This document shows positions 44,812-55,304 of a stretch of 64,000 bases of DNA, in pieces. The DNA comes from an uncultured Clostridium sp. (GTDB lineage Bacteria; Bacillota; Clostridia; TANB77; CAG-508). The stretch lies in the NCBI GenBank assembly GCA_945865665.1, contig CAMBEE010000001.1, positions 161,548 through 225,547 of the forward strand, given 5' to 3'. Every line of letters begins with the position of its first letter. Position 1 is the stretch's first letter. Made by a program: the position numbers and the translations under genes. Below the pieces are notes generated by a model. The model was not told the origin of the DNA, made no database searches, and was given only the letters and a program-made list of their open reading frames with translations.

Positions 44812-45205
44812 TTTAAATACCTCCATTTTTTAGATATTATAACACAAAAAATATATACTACCAAATAAATTTTTAAAATTTATCCCAACACATATTAATA
44901 AAATTAATCTTTTTTAAACTTTTTTAAATTTTATTTATCCATTTTAAAATCATTTCATATCTTTTTGCTACTTTTCAATCTTTTCAATACTTTTAAAGCT
45001 CTGCAATTTATAATCGCCATAAGGTGATTAATTTGAGAAAAATAAAAAATTACAAGAAAAAACAAGCTTCTAAAAAACAAATAAATAAACTTAAAATAAT
45101 AAACAATTTTCAAGATGAAATAGCTAAAAATTTTTTTGATGCAAAATTTAAAAACAAGAACTAATTTTATTACATAATAATGAATTATAGTTCTTGTTTT
45201 TATTT

Positions 45206-45895
45206 TTAATTTGAAACATAATATTTAACCATAGAAATAACACTTTTACTACTCGGCTTATCATAATCACCAAGTCTTAATATTCTTCTCGCTTTTGTTC
45301 TATCTGTATATTTCCACATATTATTTATAGCAGTATTTATATCTGATTTAATCGTATGTATATTTTCCCCTTTTCTCTTTGCCATTTCATTATAGATATT
45401 ATTGATATTATCTTCATTTTCTACAATTGAATATAAAATGCAATCATTAATTAATCTTGTACCTTTTAGAGAATATGTAAATCCCAATTTAAAAAGTATA
45501 TCAATAATTTTATCTCCTGTATTTTTGTTAGATATTTCCTCAACCATATCTTCTAGTTCTTTTGCTATTTCTTCAGCTGGTGTAAGTTTAGAAAAAAATT
45601 TTTCAATACATGTGTACTTTCTAGCTAAAGCCATATATTCCATTTCACCAGAATATATAAAGACTTTTGTTTTTATCTTTTTGTCTTCTTGAATTTTTTC
45701 TAAAATTTCAAGTCCATTTTTACCAGGCATTTTCAGATCAAGTATTAAAACATCTGGATTCAAATCTTTTAGTTTTTGATAAACCTTCGTTCCTTCATTT
45801 AAAATACCTACACATCTTACATTTTTGGTATTAATGCTATTTGATAGATGCACACTTATCTGAATATTGTCTTCAGCAATTAGAACATTCAGCAA
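45206..45895 (-). CDS. Spo0A-like response regulator (REC plus Spo0A C-terminal-like domain)
   Basis: AEDN, ILDLKMP; LGFTYSLKG..I...IYNEMAK...IKSDINTAI...W...KPSSK. Confidence 0.8.
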   Translation of the reverse strand: MLNVLIAEDNIQISVHLSNSINTKNVRCVGILNEGTKVYQKLKDLNPDVLILDLKMPGKNGLEILEKIQEDKKIKTKVFIYSGEMEYMALARKYTCIEKFFSKLTPAEEIAKELEDMVEEISNKNTGDKIIDILFKLGFTYSLKGTRLINDCILYSIVENEDNINNIYNEMAKRKGENIHTIKSDINTAINNMWKYTDRTKARRILRLGDYDKPSSKSVISMVKYYVSN

Positions 45896-45971
45896 AGTTT
45901 TGTACCTCCAATCTCATTTATTTGTCAACATTTTATCATCTTTTCACATTATTGTAAACATATTTCGTTAA

Positions 45972-46856
45972 TTATTGTTTGTTTTCTCTATATTTTTCGC
46001 CACCAGGATGAGTATAAATATCTGTCACATTAGATGTTTGTCCTAAAAATTTTTTTAACATCATATCAGTATAACCTTCCTCATATTTTCCAGTTGCCGA
46101 ATCATGCCTCATAATATGAGGATTAATTTTACTTTCTTGTACTTTAATACAATATTTTTCTAATAATTTATTAATACTTGTTCTTGACATTTTTTTACCA
46201 GTATTTGCAGTTTTATTACTAACAAATAGATATTTATTTTCTCTACCATTTAGCATTTTTTCTCTTTCAGGAAGATAATCCATAATTGCTTCATATATTA
46301 TTTGCTCCATAAATATACTTCTTATTTTGTTGCCTTTTCCTATAATATGAATTGAATACATTCTAAAATCAATATCTCTTTCTACTTCTAGTGCTAATAA
46401 TTCAGAAACCCTTAAACCTCCAACATCAAGCAATATAAACATAGCATAATCCCTTTTATTTTCTTTTCCTGCTTTTAATCTAACTTTTTTAATTGTATTA
46501 TTCGGTAGCATATCTCTTGTAATATATGGTCTATCAATTTTATAAAAATCTCTTTTTTTAATTATTTTTGTATCTTCTTTTCTAATTTTATTTTCTATCA
46601 AAAAATTTTCATAAATTGATAATGATGCTGTTTTTCTATTAATTGTACTAAATTTATAACTTTTCTTCTCTTTCATATAAATTTTAAATTCTGTATAATC
46701 TGCTCTTGAAAAATCTATAATGTCTTCATTAAATTCATTTTTAAAATATGTAATAAATTGTTTAACATCTCTTAAATATGCTTCAATAGTATTTCTTTCT
46801 CCTACTGTATCATAATTTTTTTCCAAATATTCTTTAAATTCATTTAATATATCCAT
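45972..46856 (-). CDS. Tyrosine recombinase (XerC/TnpI-like)
   Basis: GLRVSEL, GKGNK, HIMRH, TDIYTH; N-terminal NTIEAYLRDV. Confidence 0.92.
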   Translation of the reverse strand: MDILNEFKEYLEKNYDTVGERNTIEAYLRDVKQFITYFKNEFNEDIIDFSRADYTEFKIYMKEKKSYKFSTINRKTASLSIYENFLIENKIRKEDTKIIKKRDFYKIDRPYITRDMLPNNTIKKVRLKAGKENKRDYAMFILLDVGGLRVSELLALEVERDIDFRMYSIHIIGKGNKIRSIFMEQIIYEAIMDYLPEREKMLNGRENKYLFVSNKTANTGKKMSRTSINKLLEKYCIKVQESKINPHIMRHDSATGKYEEGYTDMMLKKFLGQTSNVTDIYTHPGGEKYRENKQ

Positions 46857-46871
46857 TTATTTTAGCACCTC

Positions 46872-46985
46872 TTATTTATGTAGTATTTTTTTATAAGCTT
46901 TATCGTTATTTATGTAGTATTTTTTATTTCAATATTTTACTTTTCTTTTCTAAAATACTACATAAGTGTAATTATGTAGTATTTT
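46872..46985. repeat. Recombinase site: inverted pair plus two direct repeats of TTATGTAGTATTTT
   Basis: Direct copies at 46876 and 46910; inverted pair 46952-46965 / 46972-46985 with a 6-bp spacer. Confidence 0.85.
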
Positions 46986-47034
46986 ATATTTTGATAAAAA
47001 TTACTCTATATTTTATATATAGAGCAATTTAAAA

Positions 47035-47421
47035 TTAATCATTTGTTTTAAAAATTTCAGATTTCTTTTCAGGGTTATTTTTAAAATACTCAATTAGCAA
47101 ATCTATATAATTTTTATAGTATGCATTTATTTTCTCGTATGGTTTAAGCCTAAATTCCATTTCTTTAACTGCTGAAAGATTCTCAATTTTGTTATAACCT
47201 TCTTTTCCATTTGAAGCTATAGCATAAACTAAAAGTTCTTCAATCATAAGTCTAATACAAAGTTCCAATATATGAGGTTCTTTTGAATATTCTTTTTTTA
47301 CATTGTTCCAAGCAAGTTTCATAAAGCTTCCCATTCCTTTTCTTGTAAATACTTCTTCATATAATTTTTCGATATTACGTATAACTTCAAATTTTTCTAG
47401 ATTTTGGTCCATTTTTTTCAC
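47035..47421 (-). CDS. Hypothetical protein
   Basis: ORF with RBS; C-terminus YKNYIDLLIEYFKN resembles that of 48577..48903 (YKEYLDLIIEFLKN). Confidence 0.6.
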   Translation of the reverse strand: MKKMDQNLEKFEVIRNIEKLYEEVFTRKGMGSFMKLAWNNVKKEYSKEPHILELCIRLMIEELLVYAIASNGKEGYNKIENLSAVKEMEFRLKPYEKINAYYKNYIDLLIEYFKNNPEKKSEIFKTND

Positions 47422-47657
47422 CTCCCACTTTATTTTAAAGAGTGAAATACCAAAAACAAAGTTGAGAAAAAATTTGAGATAAAAAATACCACTAGTTTTT
47501 AATTCTAGTACTATATGAATCCTTATTAAAGATGAACTTTCATTTACTTATTTGCTAGAGAGTAAGAAAAAGGAACTATCATTATTGATAATTCCTTTCT
47601 TTACACTTTCAATATCCAATTACAATTTAATCAGTTCTCTTAATTGTTTTTCAGTAA

Positions 47658-47807
47658 CTATTCTTTTTCTTCCTGTCTACGAAGAAATTCTCTTGAACTT
47701 GTATCACGAAATTCTGATACTACATATTTCTTTTCAAGTTGTTTAATTTCTTCCCGCGTTGCTTTTTCAGGTTTTAAATCTAGATCTTTGTAATCTTCAA
47801 ATGCCAT
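47658..47807 (-). CDS. Small hypothetical protein
   Basis: GGAGG RBS then MAFEDYKDLD. Confidence 0.5.
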   Translation of the reverse strand: MAFEDYKDLDLKPEKATREEIKQLEKKYVVSEFRDTSSREFLRRQEEKE

Positions 47808-47808
47808 A

Positions 47809-48387
47809 CTATTTTCCTCCTGTACAATCTCCACCTTGAAATGGTCGATACGCATTGTTTTTTTCATAATTGGTATAATTACTTGTGTTAACTCCCATTT
47901 TCCTAATATCACTCTTATAATGTCTAAATGCAATTTCATCTTCCTTTGAATCAACTGATGAAGACCAATTCTCTGGAATAAAAAAATCTGGTTGCAATAC
48001 AATATTACCATGATATCTTTTAGCACTAATTCCAAGTTTTACTTCATTACATTCATTTGGCTTTTTTAATCTATCATCCAATTTGTATCTTCCCTTTAGT
48101 TCTATATAAAGGTGTCCTCCTGATTTACTATAATCAGTATCTTCAAATCGAATATATAAATCAAATTTACTATTTTGAACTTTTAGTATCTTCTTGGTTA
48201 TGCTCCGTTTAGGAATTGAAATTTTCACTTTGTAATTTGGACCATTATAAAAAACAATTACTTTAACATCATCTACTACTGAAATACCACATTCATCATT
48301 TTTCGAACATTCTTCTAGCTGTATAATTTCTCTTTTTACTTTAGATTGTTTCTTTGAGTTTTTTGACTGTTTTTTCTTTTTGGACAT
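47809..48387 (-). CDS. Hypothetical protein
   Basis: RBS AGGAGG; ends RPFQGGDCTGGK. Confidence 0.65.
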   Translation of the reverse strand: MSKKKKQSKNSKKQSKVKREIIQLEECSKNDECGISVVDDVKVIVFYNGPNYKVKISIPKRSITKKILKVQNSKFDLYIRFEDTDYSKSGGHLYIELKGRYKLDDRLKKPNECNEVKLGISAKRYHGNIVLQPDFFIPENWSSSVDSKEDEIAFRHYKSDIRKMGVNTSNYTNYEKNNAYRPFQGGDCTGGK

Positions 48388-48576
48388 TGCTACCTCCTTA
48401 AAATCTTTTGGAGGTTTGAAACCTCCAAGTTATTTGTTTTACTTTTTGGTTTCTAAAATAAAATTCTTATTAAGTATATCACATTTTTATGTAAATTGCA
48501 ATTTTTGTTAATGTATTCAATGAAAATAACTATTTTTTATAACTAATGCTATAAAATTATTTTATATATTTAAAAA

Positions 48577-48903
48577 TCAAGAGTTTTTTAAAAACTCAAT
48601 AATCAAATCCAAATATTCTTTATAAATTGAAACAAAATTATAAAAACTATTAGTAATAACAAATTTAAAAGCTTTCTTTTTATTCCAATGTAAAAATTCT
48701 ATAATAACATTATCTTCAAAATTCTTAGCTTTTAAAAGAGCAATAATAACCAAAAATTGATGATTTACTTTTGCTATATTTACTGCTTTATCTGCTTTTA
48801 TATTTCCAAATTTATTTCGAATATTTTTAAATGTATAATCAACTAATTCTTCATATTTTTCTTTTCCTAAAATTTTCTTAAGAGTTATAGTATAATCTTT
48901 CAT
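48577..48903 (-). CDS. Hypothetical protein
   Basis: RBS GAGGTG. Confidence 0.6.
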   Translation of the reverse strand: MKDYTITLKKILGKEKYEELVDYTFKNIRNKFGNIKADKAVNIAKVNHQFLVIIALLKAKNFEDNVIIEFLHWNKKKAFKFVITNSFYNFVSIYKEYLDLIIEFLKNS

Positions 48904-49003
48904 TTATTTCACCTCATATATACTATAATTTTCTGTAATCATAAAATCAATGTGAGAAAAAATTACATTAATTTTTTGATATCTTATGAAAAATATGAAA
49001 GAT

Positions 49004-49195
49004 TTATACAATATTTATTTTTTCAAGTTTTTTATATATTTTAGGGCAGAGTTTTTTTAATAATATTTGAATTGTGTATAATACTAATATTATTAATGTC
49101 ATACTTCCTATAATCTTAAGTTGAAACATTTGAGCTTCTTCAAAACTAATATTATATGATTCCATTAACTCAAAAACAGATAGTCCCATCATCAA
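49004..49195 (-). CDS. Small membrane protein
   Basis: RBS AGGAGG; one TM helix. Confidence 0.55.
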   Translation of the reverse strand: MMMGLSVFELMESYNISFEEAQMFQLKIIGSMTLIILVLYTIQILLKKLCPKIYKKLEKINIV

Positions 49196-49343
49196 TTTTA
49201 CTACCTCCTTCTATTAATTAATATCATTTTAGCATATTATACAAATTTCTACAACATTTTGCAATCATTGTTGATTATTTTATTTCGTGTTTACATCGAC
49301 ATTTTTTTGATATTTTATATAATAACAGTTACGAGGTGATATT

Positions 49344-49691
49344 ATGAGATTATCTAGAAATCAAGAAATTAAAATTGGAGCAAAATTACAAAAAGCAAGA
49401 GTATCCAACGGCTATACTCAAGAACAAGTTGCTGAAATAATAGGTTGTTCTTCAAGATATGTTGGACAATTAGAAACAAATAATACATCAGGAAGTATAA
49501 GTCTTATTATTAATTTATGTAAGTTATACCATATTACATTAAATGACTTATATGGTGAATATATTGATGTTAATACCGATTTTTCAGAAAATCTTTCTTT
49601 TTGTGGATATATTAGCTTAAATAATGAATATAAATCTATAATAGATAATAATATAAATTATCTAAACAAATTGCAAAATGACAAAAAATAA
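49344..49691 (+). CDS. XRE-family HTH regulator
   Basis: IGAKLQKAR...YTQEQVAEIIGCSSRYVGQLE. Confidence 0.9.
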   Translation: MRLSRNQEIKIGAKLQKARVSNGYTQEQVAEIIGCSSRYVGQLETNNTSGSISLIINLCKLYHITLNDLYGEYIDVNTDFSENLSFCGYISLNNEYKSIIDNNINYLNKLQNDKK

Positions 49692-49728
49692 TAAAGCATT
49701 TGGGATTTCTCCTAAATGCTTTATTTTA

Positions 49729-50211
49729 TTATATAATTGTAAATAATATTCTCTGAACACCATCAATATCATCAATTAAAAGTCCATATTTTTTCATAGC
49801 ATTGATTGTTTGTTCTTTGATTTTTTGGTTGTAAATTATTTCTAATCTACACTTTTTATCTCTATGATTTTGTATAGCTTTAAAATCATTAAGACAGGCA
49901 AAAATAATAGCCCTATTATTATCAAACGATGTTAAGAAATAAAATAAAAATTTATAATCATCCCATACATTTTTAACAAAATTTCTTATTTCTGGAATCA
50001 TATAAATTTCTCTTTTATCATTATCATATCCATCGAATGTAAGAAATAATTTTCCTTTAGCATCTTTTCCCGCTTCTTTTAAAATTTCTAAACTTTTTCT
50101 AATTCTATTAAAGTCATTATTTAAAATTTCTCGTTTACTAACTGCATAAAAAAGAATATCATTTTCTTTAACTTGTTCTATACTTTCAATTTTATTATAT
50201 GTACCAAACAT
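49729..50211 (-). CDS. Hypothetical protein (DUF1817/CRR6-like)
   Basis: FDGYDNDKREIYMIPEIRNF motif. Confidence 0.6.
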   Translation of the reverse strand: MFGTYNKIESIEQVKENDILFYAVSKREILNNDFNRIRKSLEILKEAGKDAKGKLFLTFDGYDNDKREIYMIPEIRNFVKNVWDDYKFLFYFLTSFDNNRAIIFACLNDFKAIQNHRDKKCRLEIIYNQKIKEQTINAMKKYGLLIDDIDGVQRILFTII

Positions 50212-50233
50212 TTTATTCCTCCAATATTTAAAT

Positions 50234-50530
50234 TTATATTTTTTCTTCAGATATAGGAAATATTTCAATAATATCTCCATCTTTGTCAATATTCCATTCG
50301 CCTTTGATAATATTATTAATAGTACAAGCTAATCTTAACTTTTCTAACCTCAATTCTTCGTAATATTCCTTTGAATGAAAAAAAGTAGCTGATTGTTCTT
50401 TAAGTATATTATCAATTGTTCTTACTTCTTTTCTTAATCTATATCTATAATTTTTCAGATTTTCTATTAACCTATTATGTTCTGCTTCTAATTGCATATA
50501 TTTATTTTCAATTTGTTCTTTCTTATCCAT
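50234..50530 (-). CDS. Hypothetical coiled-coil protein
   Basis: RBS GGAGG before ATG 50530. Confidence 0.6.
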   Translation of the reverse strand: MDKKEQIENKYMQLEAEHNRLIENLKNYRYRLRKEVRTIDNILKEQSATFFHSKEYYEELRLEKLRLACTINNIIKGEWNIDKDGDIIEIFPISEEKI

Positions 50531-50585
50531 TTTAATTCCTCCAAATACATAAAAGGATACAGATTTTACTCTATATCCTTTATTT

Positions 50586-50894
50586 TTAGTTTTCTTTATA
50601 AGCATAGTGATTATCACTTAATTTAATAACCTTTTCATTTTCTTCTAATATTTTTTGAACTATACTTTTATTAACATCTTCATTATTTATTCTTAATTGA
50701 ACAATTTCATCTATAAATTTAATAGCTTCTTTAATTTTCTTTAAATCATACATATAGATATAATCAAATAACTCTTTAGATTCCATAAGTAATATATTAC
50801 GGTCCTCTAAATAACATGGATATATTCTTTCAACTTCTAAAGCATTTCTTAATGTTCTTTTTTCATCATCATTTAATTCATTATAATCTAACAT
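50586..50894 (-). CDS. Hypothetical protein
   Basis: RBS AGGAGG; operonic. Confidence 0.6.
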   Translation of the reverse strand: MLDYNELNDDEKRTLRNALEVERIYPCYLEDRNILLMESKELFDYIYMYDLKKIKEAIKFIDEIVQLRINNEDVNKSIVQKILEENEKVIKLSDNHYAYKEN

Positions 50895-50908
50895 TTTTCT
50901 ACCTCCTA

Positions 50909-51307
50909 TTATGCTGCTTGTTTATAAAAAATGTAATTTTGAGATAAATCTTCTTTATCTCTAATTGTTTTATAATTTCTATATCCATATCTTAAAATTT
51001 TATTTGATCTTTCACTTTCTATATCTGCAATTAATCTTCCTATCATGTGAAAATTATAAAATATTTTAATTTTACCATTACTATATTCTGTTTTCTTACC
51101 TTGATAATTTTTAATAACATTATATTTGCTTTTATTTTTATAATTTATATGATCACTGATTCTAATTGTAGAGCAAGCACCATTATCTAATATTAAATAT
51201 ACACTTTTTGTATTTTTAGAAAATTTAGTTTCTACTTTAAACCCTCTTTTATATAACATTTCTCTTATTTGATTTGCAATTCTTTTTTCTTTATTAATTC
51301 TAAACAT
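50909..51307 (-). CDS. Hypothetical phage-like protein
   Basis: SKNTKSVYL..D......IRISDH motif. Confidence 0.65.
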   Translation of the reverse strand: MFRINKEKRIANQIREMLYKRGFKVETKFSKNTKSVYLILDNGACSTIRISDHINYKNKSKYNVIKNYQGKKTEYSNGKIKIFYNFHMIGRLIADIESERSNKILRYGYRNYKTIRDKEDLSQNYIFYKQAA

Positions 51308-51368
51308 ATTTTATACCTCTTTCCTTTTTATATTTTAATGGAGTAGCCTATAGGCCACTCCACAATAA

Positions 51369-51521
51369 TTAAGCAACTTTTTTTAATTTTTTTATTCTAC
51401 TATTTTGTTTTTCATTGTTTTTATTAAAAAAGTCTAAATTTTTAACAAATTCAATACTTTCCTTTAATGTTTTTAACTCATCATCTGACATAATTAATCT
51501 ACCTTTTTTTATCTTTTTCAA
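51369..51521 (-). CDS. Small hypothetical protein
   Basis: GAGGTG RBS, TTG start, 50 aa ending KKVA. Confidence 0.5.
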   Translation of the reverse strand: MKKIKKGRLIMSDDELKTLKESIEFVKNLDFFNKNNEKQNSRIKKLKKVA

Positions 51522-51539
51522 TATATTTTCACCTCTTAC

Positions 51540-52632
51540 TTATGCAATATTTTTAATGATATTTTCTTCTTTATTAAATATAATCTCTAATTCTTTAGGA
51601 ATATCTCCATTATTTAAAGAAACACACATTTTAACACAATTCTCACCATATTTTTTATTTAAACAAGATAATAAGTTTTCTGAATTATGAAGTATTGTAT
51701 GTGCATCCATTACAACATAAACATTATTAACATATTTTATTTTGTCTAATCTTCTCATTTCATTTTTTGAAATAACATTTGGAATACCGTATTATAATGT
51801 TATCTTTATATTTAGCTGCAATTTTATAAGCTAATATCATTTCAGACACTATAATAATATCTTTCTTTTCTTGATTATTATTTATAATTTGTAGTCTATT
51901 ATTTTTTGGATATAAAAACATGATATTATTATCTTGCTTTGTTCCATTACTTTCTTGACTACTACTGAACCATATATCTGTTGTATCTGTATTATATTCA
52001 TTATCTAAATGAATTCTTAAAGCAGTAATTTTACAATTTTGAAAAATTGGTACAAATATTCCTTTATGTGATTTAAAATTCCATCTAAACTTTCTATCTT
52101 TATAAAATCCAGGTATTCCTTCTAAATCAATTCCTTCATCTATTAGCTTTCTGCATATTTCTACTTTTTCACTATCCTTTGTAGGAATTGTTTTAAATCC
52201 TATTCTTTCTATTTCATCCATTGAGAATCCATATTGTAATAATTTCATTGTATGATCTGAATTAAGTGTTAAGTTTTCTAAAAAAGACTGATATGTAATA
52301 TCAAGTTCTTCAGCATTTTTCTTTGAGTTTGTTATAATTGAAGAAGTTAGGTTATTACTAATATCAGCTTCACTATTAATTAATCTATTATATGCTTCTT
52401 TATTAGAAATATATTTATATTTAGCATATAATCCAACTGAATATCCTCTTGCTTCACAATCTTTACAAATATAACTATTATTAGCTATATTTAATTTCAT
52501 AGCACCATTTTTAGAATAACAAAATGGACATTTAACATAGATTATATCTTTTTTAGAAAATAACTCTTCTAATCCAATTTTATTTTTCACATTTATAATA
52601 CTAATTCTTTTTAATATTTCTTGCTGATTCAA
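51540..52632 (-). CDS. Primase-like protein (Zn finger plus Toprim/DUF3854-like), +1 frameshift at CGG 51787-51789
   Basis: CPFC...CKDC finger, LEGIPGFY, GIFVPI, WFSS; the shift gives IIIGIPNV joined to ORF 51540..51758. Confidence 0.8.
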
Positions 52633-52645
52633 TTTTTAATACCCC

Positions 52646-53524
52646 CTACGCACTTATTTTTTCTTGTTTATAATCATTATTTTTTATTAAATCAATGAAT
52701 TCATCAGCAGTTTCTTTTATTTTATTTGATAAATTCATAAATTCTTTTATATCGTTATGTGCCCAATTTATTATATATCCAAAACTGCAAAGAGATGTAT
52801 CAAAATTAAAATAGTCAGCCACTAAAAATGCAACACTTTCAACAAATATTTCACTCTTATCCCTGTCTGTTTTATATACAAAATCATCATATAAGCAATG
52901 ACATAATTCATGTATTAAAACTGCTGTTTTGTCATCTTGTGATAAACTTTGCTTTATCACAATTTTTTGCTCTTTTTTATCATAATAACCTTTTTTAACT
53001 CCATTAATTTCTTCTAATAATACAGGTACAGGAGAAATTTCCAATAGGGTGTTATATAAATTTTTTGTTGTATCAGAATCTAAAGTATCATCTAATATTG
53101 GAATTCTTTTATTTCCTTTTTTTATATATGTATCTCCAATATCATATACTGCTACCCTTCTATACTTAATACCTTCTATTATCTCAACAGTACCATTTTC
53201 ATTACGTTCTTTTTCTTCTTTACCATTTACATTTTGTTGTCCTTCAATAGTTTTTGATATCTTAGTTTTTATTGGCGTATAAATAAAAATAGTTTTAGGA
53301 TTTTTCTTAACACCTCTTCCAAGTTTATTCCAATCGCAAAATCCTTTTACAATTGTTGCATTTGGGTTTTGAACATAAACAAGCAAACTATTTCTTAAAC
53401 TATAATTATTTTTTAATTTTTTTACTGACTTTAAGAAATCTATATAATCTCCTCTTTCTATAACCTTTTGAATACCTTCTAATAATTTAGAATAACTTAT
53501 TTTATTTTTAGGCACATTTCTCAC
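52646..53524 (-). CDS. ArdC-like ssDNA-binding/metallopeptidase protein
   Basis: NYSLRNSLL..QNP.AT.V.GF..W..LGR.VKK; HELCH; EIFVESVAF. Confidence 0.85.
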   Translation of the reverse strand: MRNVPKNKISYSKLLEGIQKVIERGDYIDFLKSVKKLKNNYSLRNSLLVYVQNPNATIVKGFCDWNKLGRGVKKNPKTIFIYTPIKTKISKTIEGQQNVNGKEEKERNENGTVEIIEGIKYRRVAVYDIGDTYIKKGNKRIPILDDTLDSDTTKNLYNTLLEISPVPVLLEEINGVKKGYYDKKEQKIVIKQSLSQDDKTAVLIHELCHCLYDDFVYKTDRDKSEIFVESVAFLVADYFNFDTSLCSFGYIINWAHNDIKEFMNLSNKIKETADEFIDLIKNNDYKQEKISA

Positions 53525-53792
53525 CTCTTTTAATTATTTTATTAACAGCTTTCATTGTTGCTATTCTATCCCTACTATTTTTTATATTTTCTAAGCATAT
53601 ATCAATTTTAGAATAACATTGATTTATTTTTTCTTTATAATATATAACTTGTTCAAAAGTACCTGTTTGTCCAATTACATATATTAAGGTATTATAGCTT
53701 TCTATTTCCTTATGTAATTCATTTATTTTTCTTGTTTCTTTTCTAATTATTTTATTTGCATCATTTATAAAATCTTTTAATCCATTTAACAT
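53508..53792 (-). CDS. Hypothetical protein
   Basis: RBS GGAGG; operonic. Confidence 0.55.
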   Translation of the reverse strand: MLNGLKDFINDANKIIRKETRKINELHKEIESYNTLIYVIGQTGTFEQVIYYKEKINQCYSKIDICLENIKNSRDRIATMKAVNKIIKRGEKCA

Positions 53793-53879
53793 TTTAGATT
53801 ACCTCCATTTTTATTATCTTTTATATAATTATCTAATATTTTTAATATTTGTTCTTCATCTTCACCTGTAGTAATACAA

Positions 53880-54761
53880 CTAGCTTTCTATACATAAACT
53901 CCAAATAGTACCTGATTTAACAAAATTATCATTATTATTTAAAGTCTGCCTTATTTTCTCTCTTACATAATTATTGTTTTTTGCTTTTTTAGATTCTTTT
54001 AAAATATTATAAATTTCTTCTATGCTTGCTTTATTATTTAAGAATTCTATTGTAGCTTGTATTAAATCTCTCCATGTTATTTTAGTTGAATTCATAATAT
54101 TCTCTTTTACAGAATTTGTAGCCTTCACATTATAAATCCATATTTTATTCTTTTTAAAAATCAAAATATGTTCATGTTTTATTGCTATAAATGAATTATT
54201 ATTATAAACTTTATTATCTGAAAAACAATTGTGCTGTATTTTAATTATATGGCTTTCTATATCTCCAAACCATTTCATATCTTTTAAAATACTATAATAT
54301 ACACCTTTTTTTCTTACATCACCAACTAAGATTGCATGTCTACCACCATTTATTAAGCAGTTATAAATTTTTTCGTTTACAATATCTAATTTTTTTATAA
54401 ACTCCTCGTAGCTCATATTATTTGATAAATCATTAGGACAATATTCTTTTCTTTGATTTTCATAATTTATAATATCCCAATATGGTGGATGCGAAAAAAC
54501 AAAATCAGACCCCGTTGGAATTTCATCAATTAACGCATCCCAACCATTATTAAGGTCTAAATGAATACTATTTTTTATATTTAGCTCTTTTGCAACATCT
54601 TTTCCTGTTCCTCCTCCACTGAAAATTTCCACAAATTTTTTAGGTTTTGTTCCTGGATAAAAATGTTCAATTAAATCCTTAATAACATATCCTGAACAAT
54701 TGCCACGATATAATGAATTACCATATTTTCCTCTATCTTTATAACTAATTACACTTTGCAT
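53880..54761 (-). CDS. DNA amino-methyltransferase (N4C/N6A)
   Basis: YRGNCSG, FSGGGTG SAM motif, HPPYW catalytic motif. Confidence 0.88.
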   Translation of the reverse strand: MQSVISYKDRGKYGNSLYRGNCSGYVIKDLIEHFYPGTKPKKFVEIFSGGGTGKDVAKELNIKNSIHLDLNNGWDALIDEIPTGSDFVFSHPPYWDIINYENQRKEYCPNDLSNNMSYEEFIKKLDIVNEKIYNCLINGGRHAILVGDVRKKGVYYSILKDMKWFGDIESHIIKIQHNCFSDNKVYNNNSFIAIKHEHILIFKKNKIWIYNVKATNSVKENIMNSTKITWRDLIQATIEFLNNKASIEEIYNILKESKKAKNNNYVREKIRQTLNNNDNFVKSGTIWSLCIES

Positions 54762-54830
54762 TTTTTATTTTCCTTTCATTATTTTAACTTAAAGAAGTAG
54801 CATTAAATACTGCTACTTCCTTTATTATTT

Positions 54831-55256
54831 TTAAAATGGTAAATCATCATTTGAAGTAATTTCAAAATCATTTCCATTAGATGTTTCAAATGCATTATTA
54901 GAAAAAGAATTATTAGATGTTCCATCATCTTTTTTACTATCTGCAAAGTATGCTTCTTCAGCAACAACTTCTGTTACATAATGTTTTTGACCTTGTTCAT
55001 CTTCCCAATTTCTAGTTTGTAATCTTCCAATTATAGCAACTTGTTGTCCCTTTTTAAAATATTTACTACAAAATTCTCCAAGTTTACCCCATGCTATAAT
55101 ATTAAAGAAATCAGCTTGTCTTTCTTCTCCTTCTTTTACAAATCTCCTATTTACTGCTACATTGAATGATGCAACTGTTGTGTTATTTGTTTGTGTGTAT
55201 CTAACCTCTACTTCTTTTGTTAATCTTCCCATTAATACTACTTTATTCATTTTCAT
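54831..55256 (-). CDS. ssb: Single-stranded DNA-binding protein
   Basis: NKVVLMGRLT, GRLQTR, DDLPF tail. Confidence 0.97.
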   Translation of the reverse strand: MKMNKVVLMGRLTKEVEVRYTQTNNTTVASFNVAVNRRFVKEGEERQADFFNIIAWGKLGEFCSKYFKKGQQVAIIGRLQTRNWEDEQGQKHYVTEVVAEEAYFADSKKDDGTSNNSFSNNAFETSNGNDFEITSNDDLPF

Positions 55257-55304
55257 TATTTCCTTTCATTATATATTTTTTATACCAATACAATTTTTTA
55301 ATTA

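Noticed and set aside
46872-46985. Possible mini CRISPR array or iterons
   Set aside because: The repeats are short, in mixed orientation and have no cas genes; a recombinase site fits better.
53785-53895. Possible small frameshifted ORF between the MTase and ORF 53508
   Set aside because: No recognisable homology to fix the frame; ambiguous.
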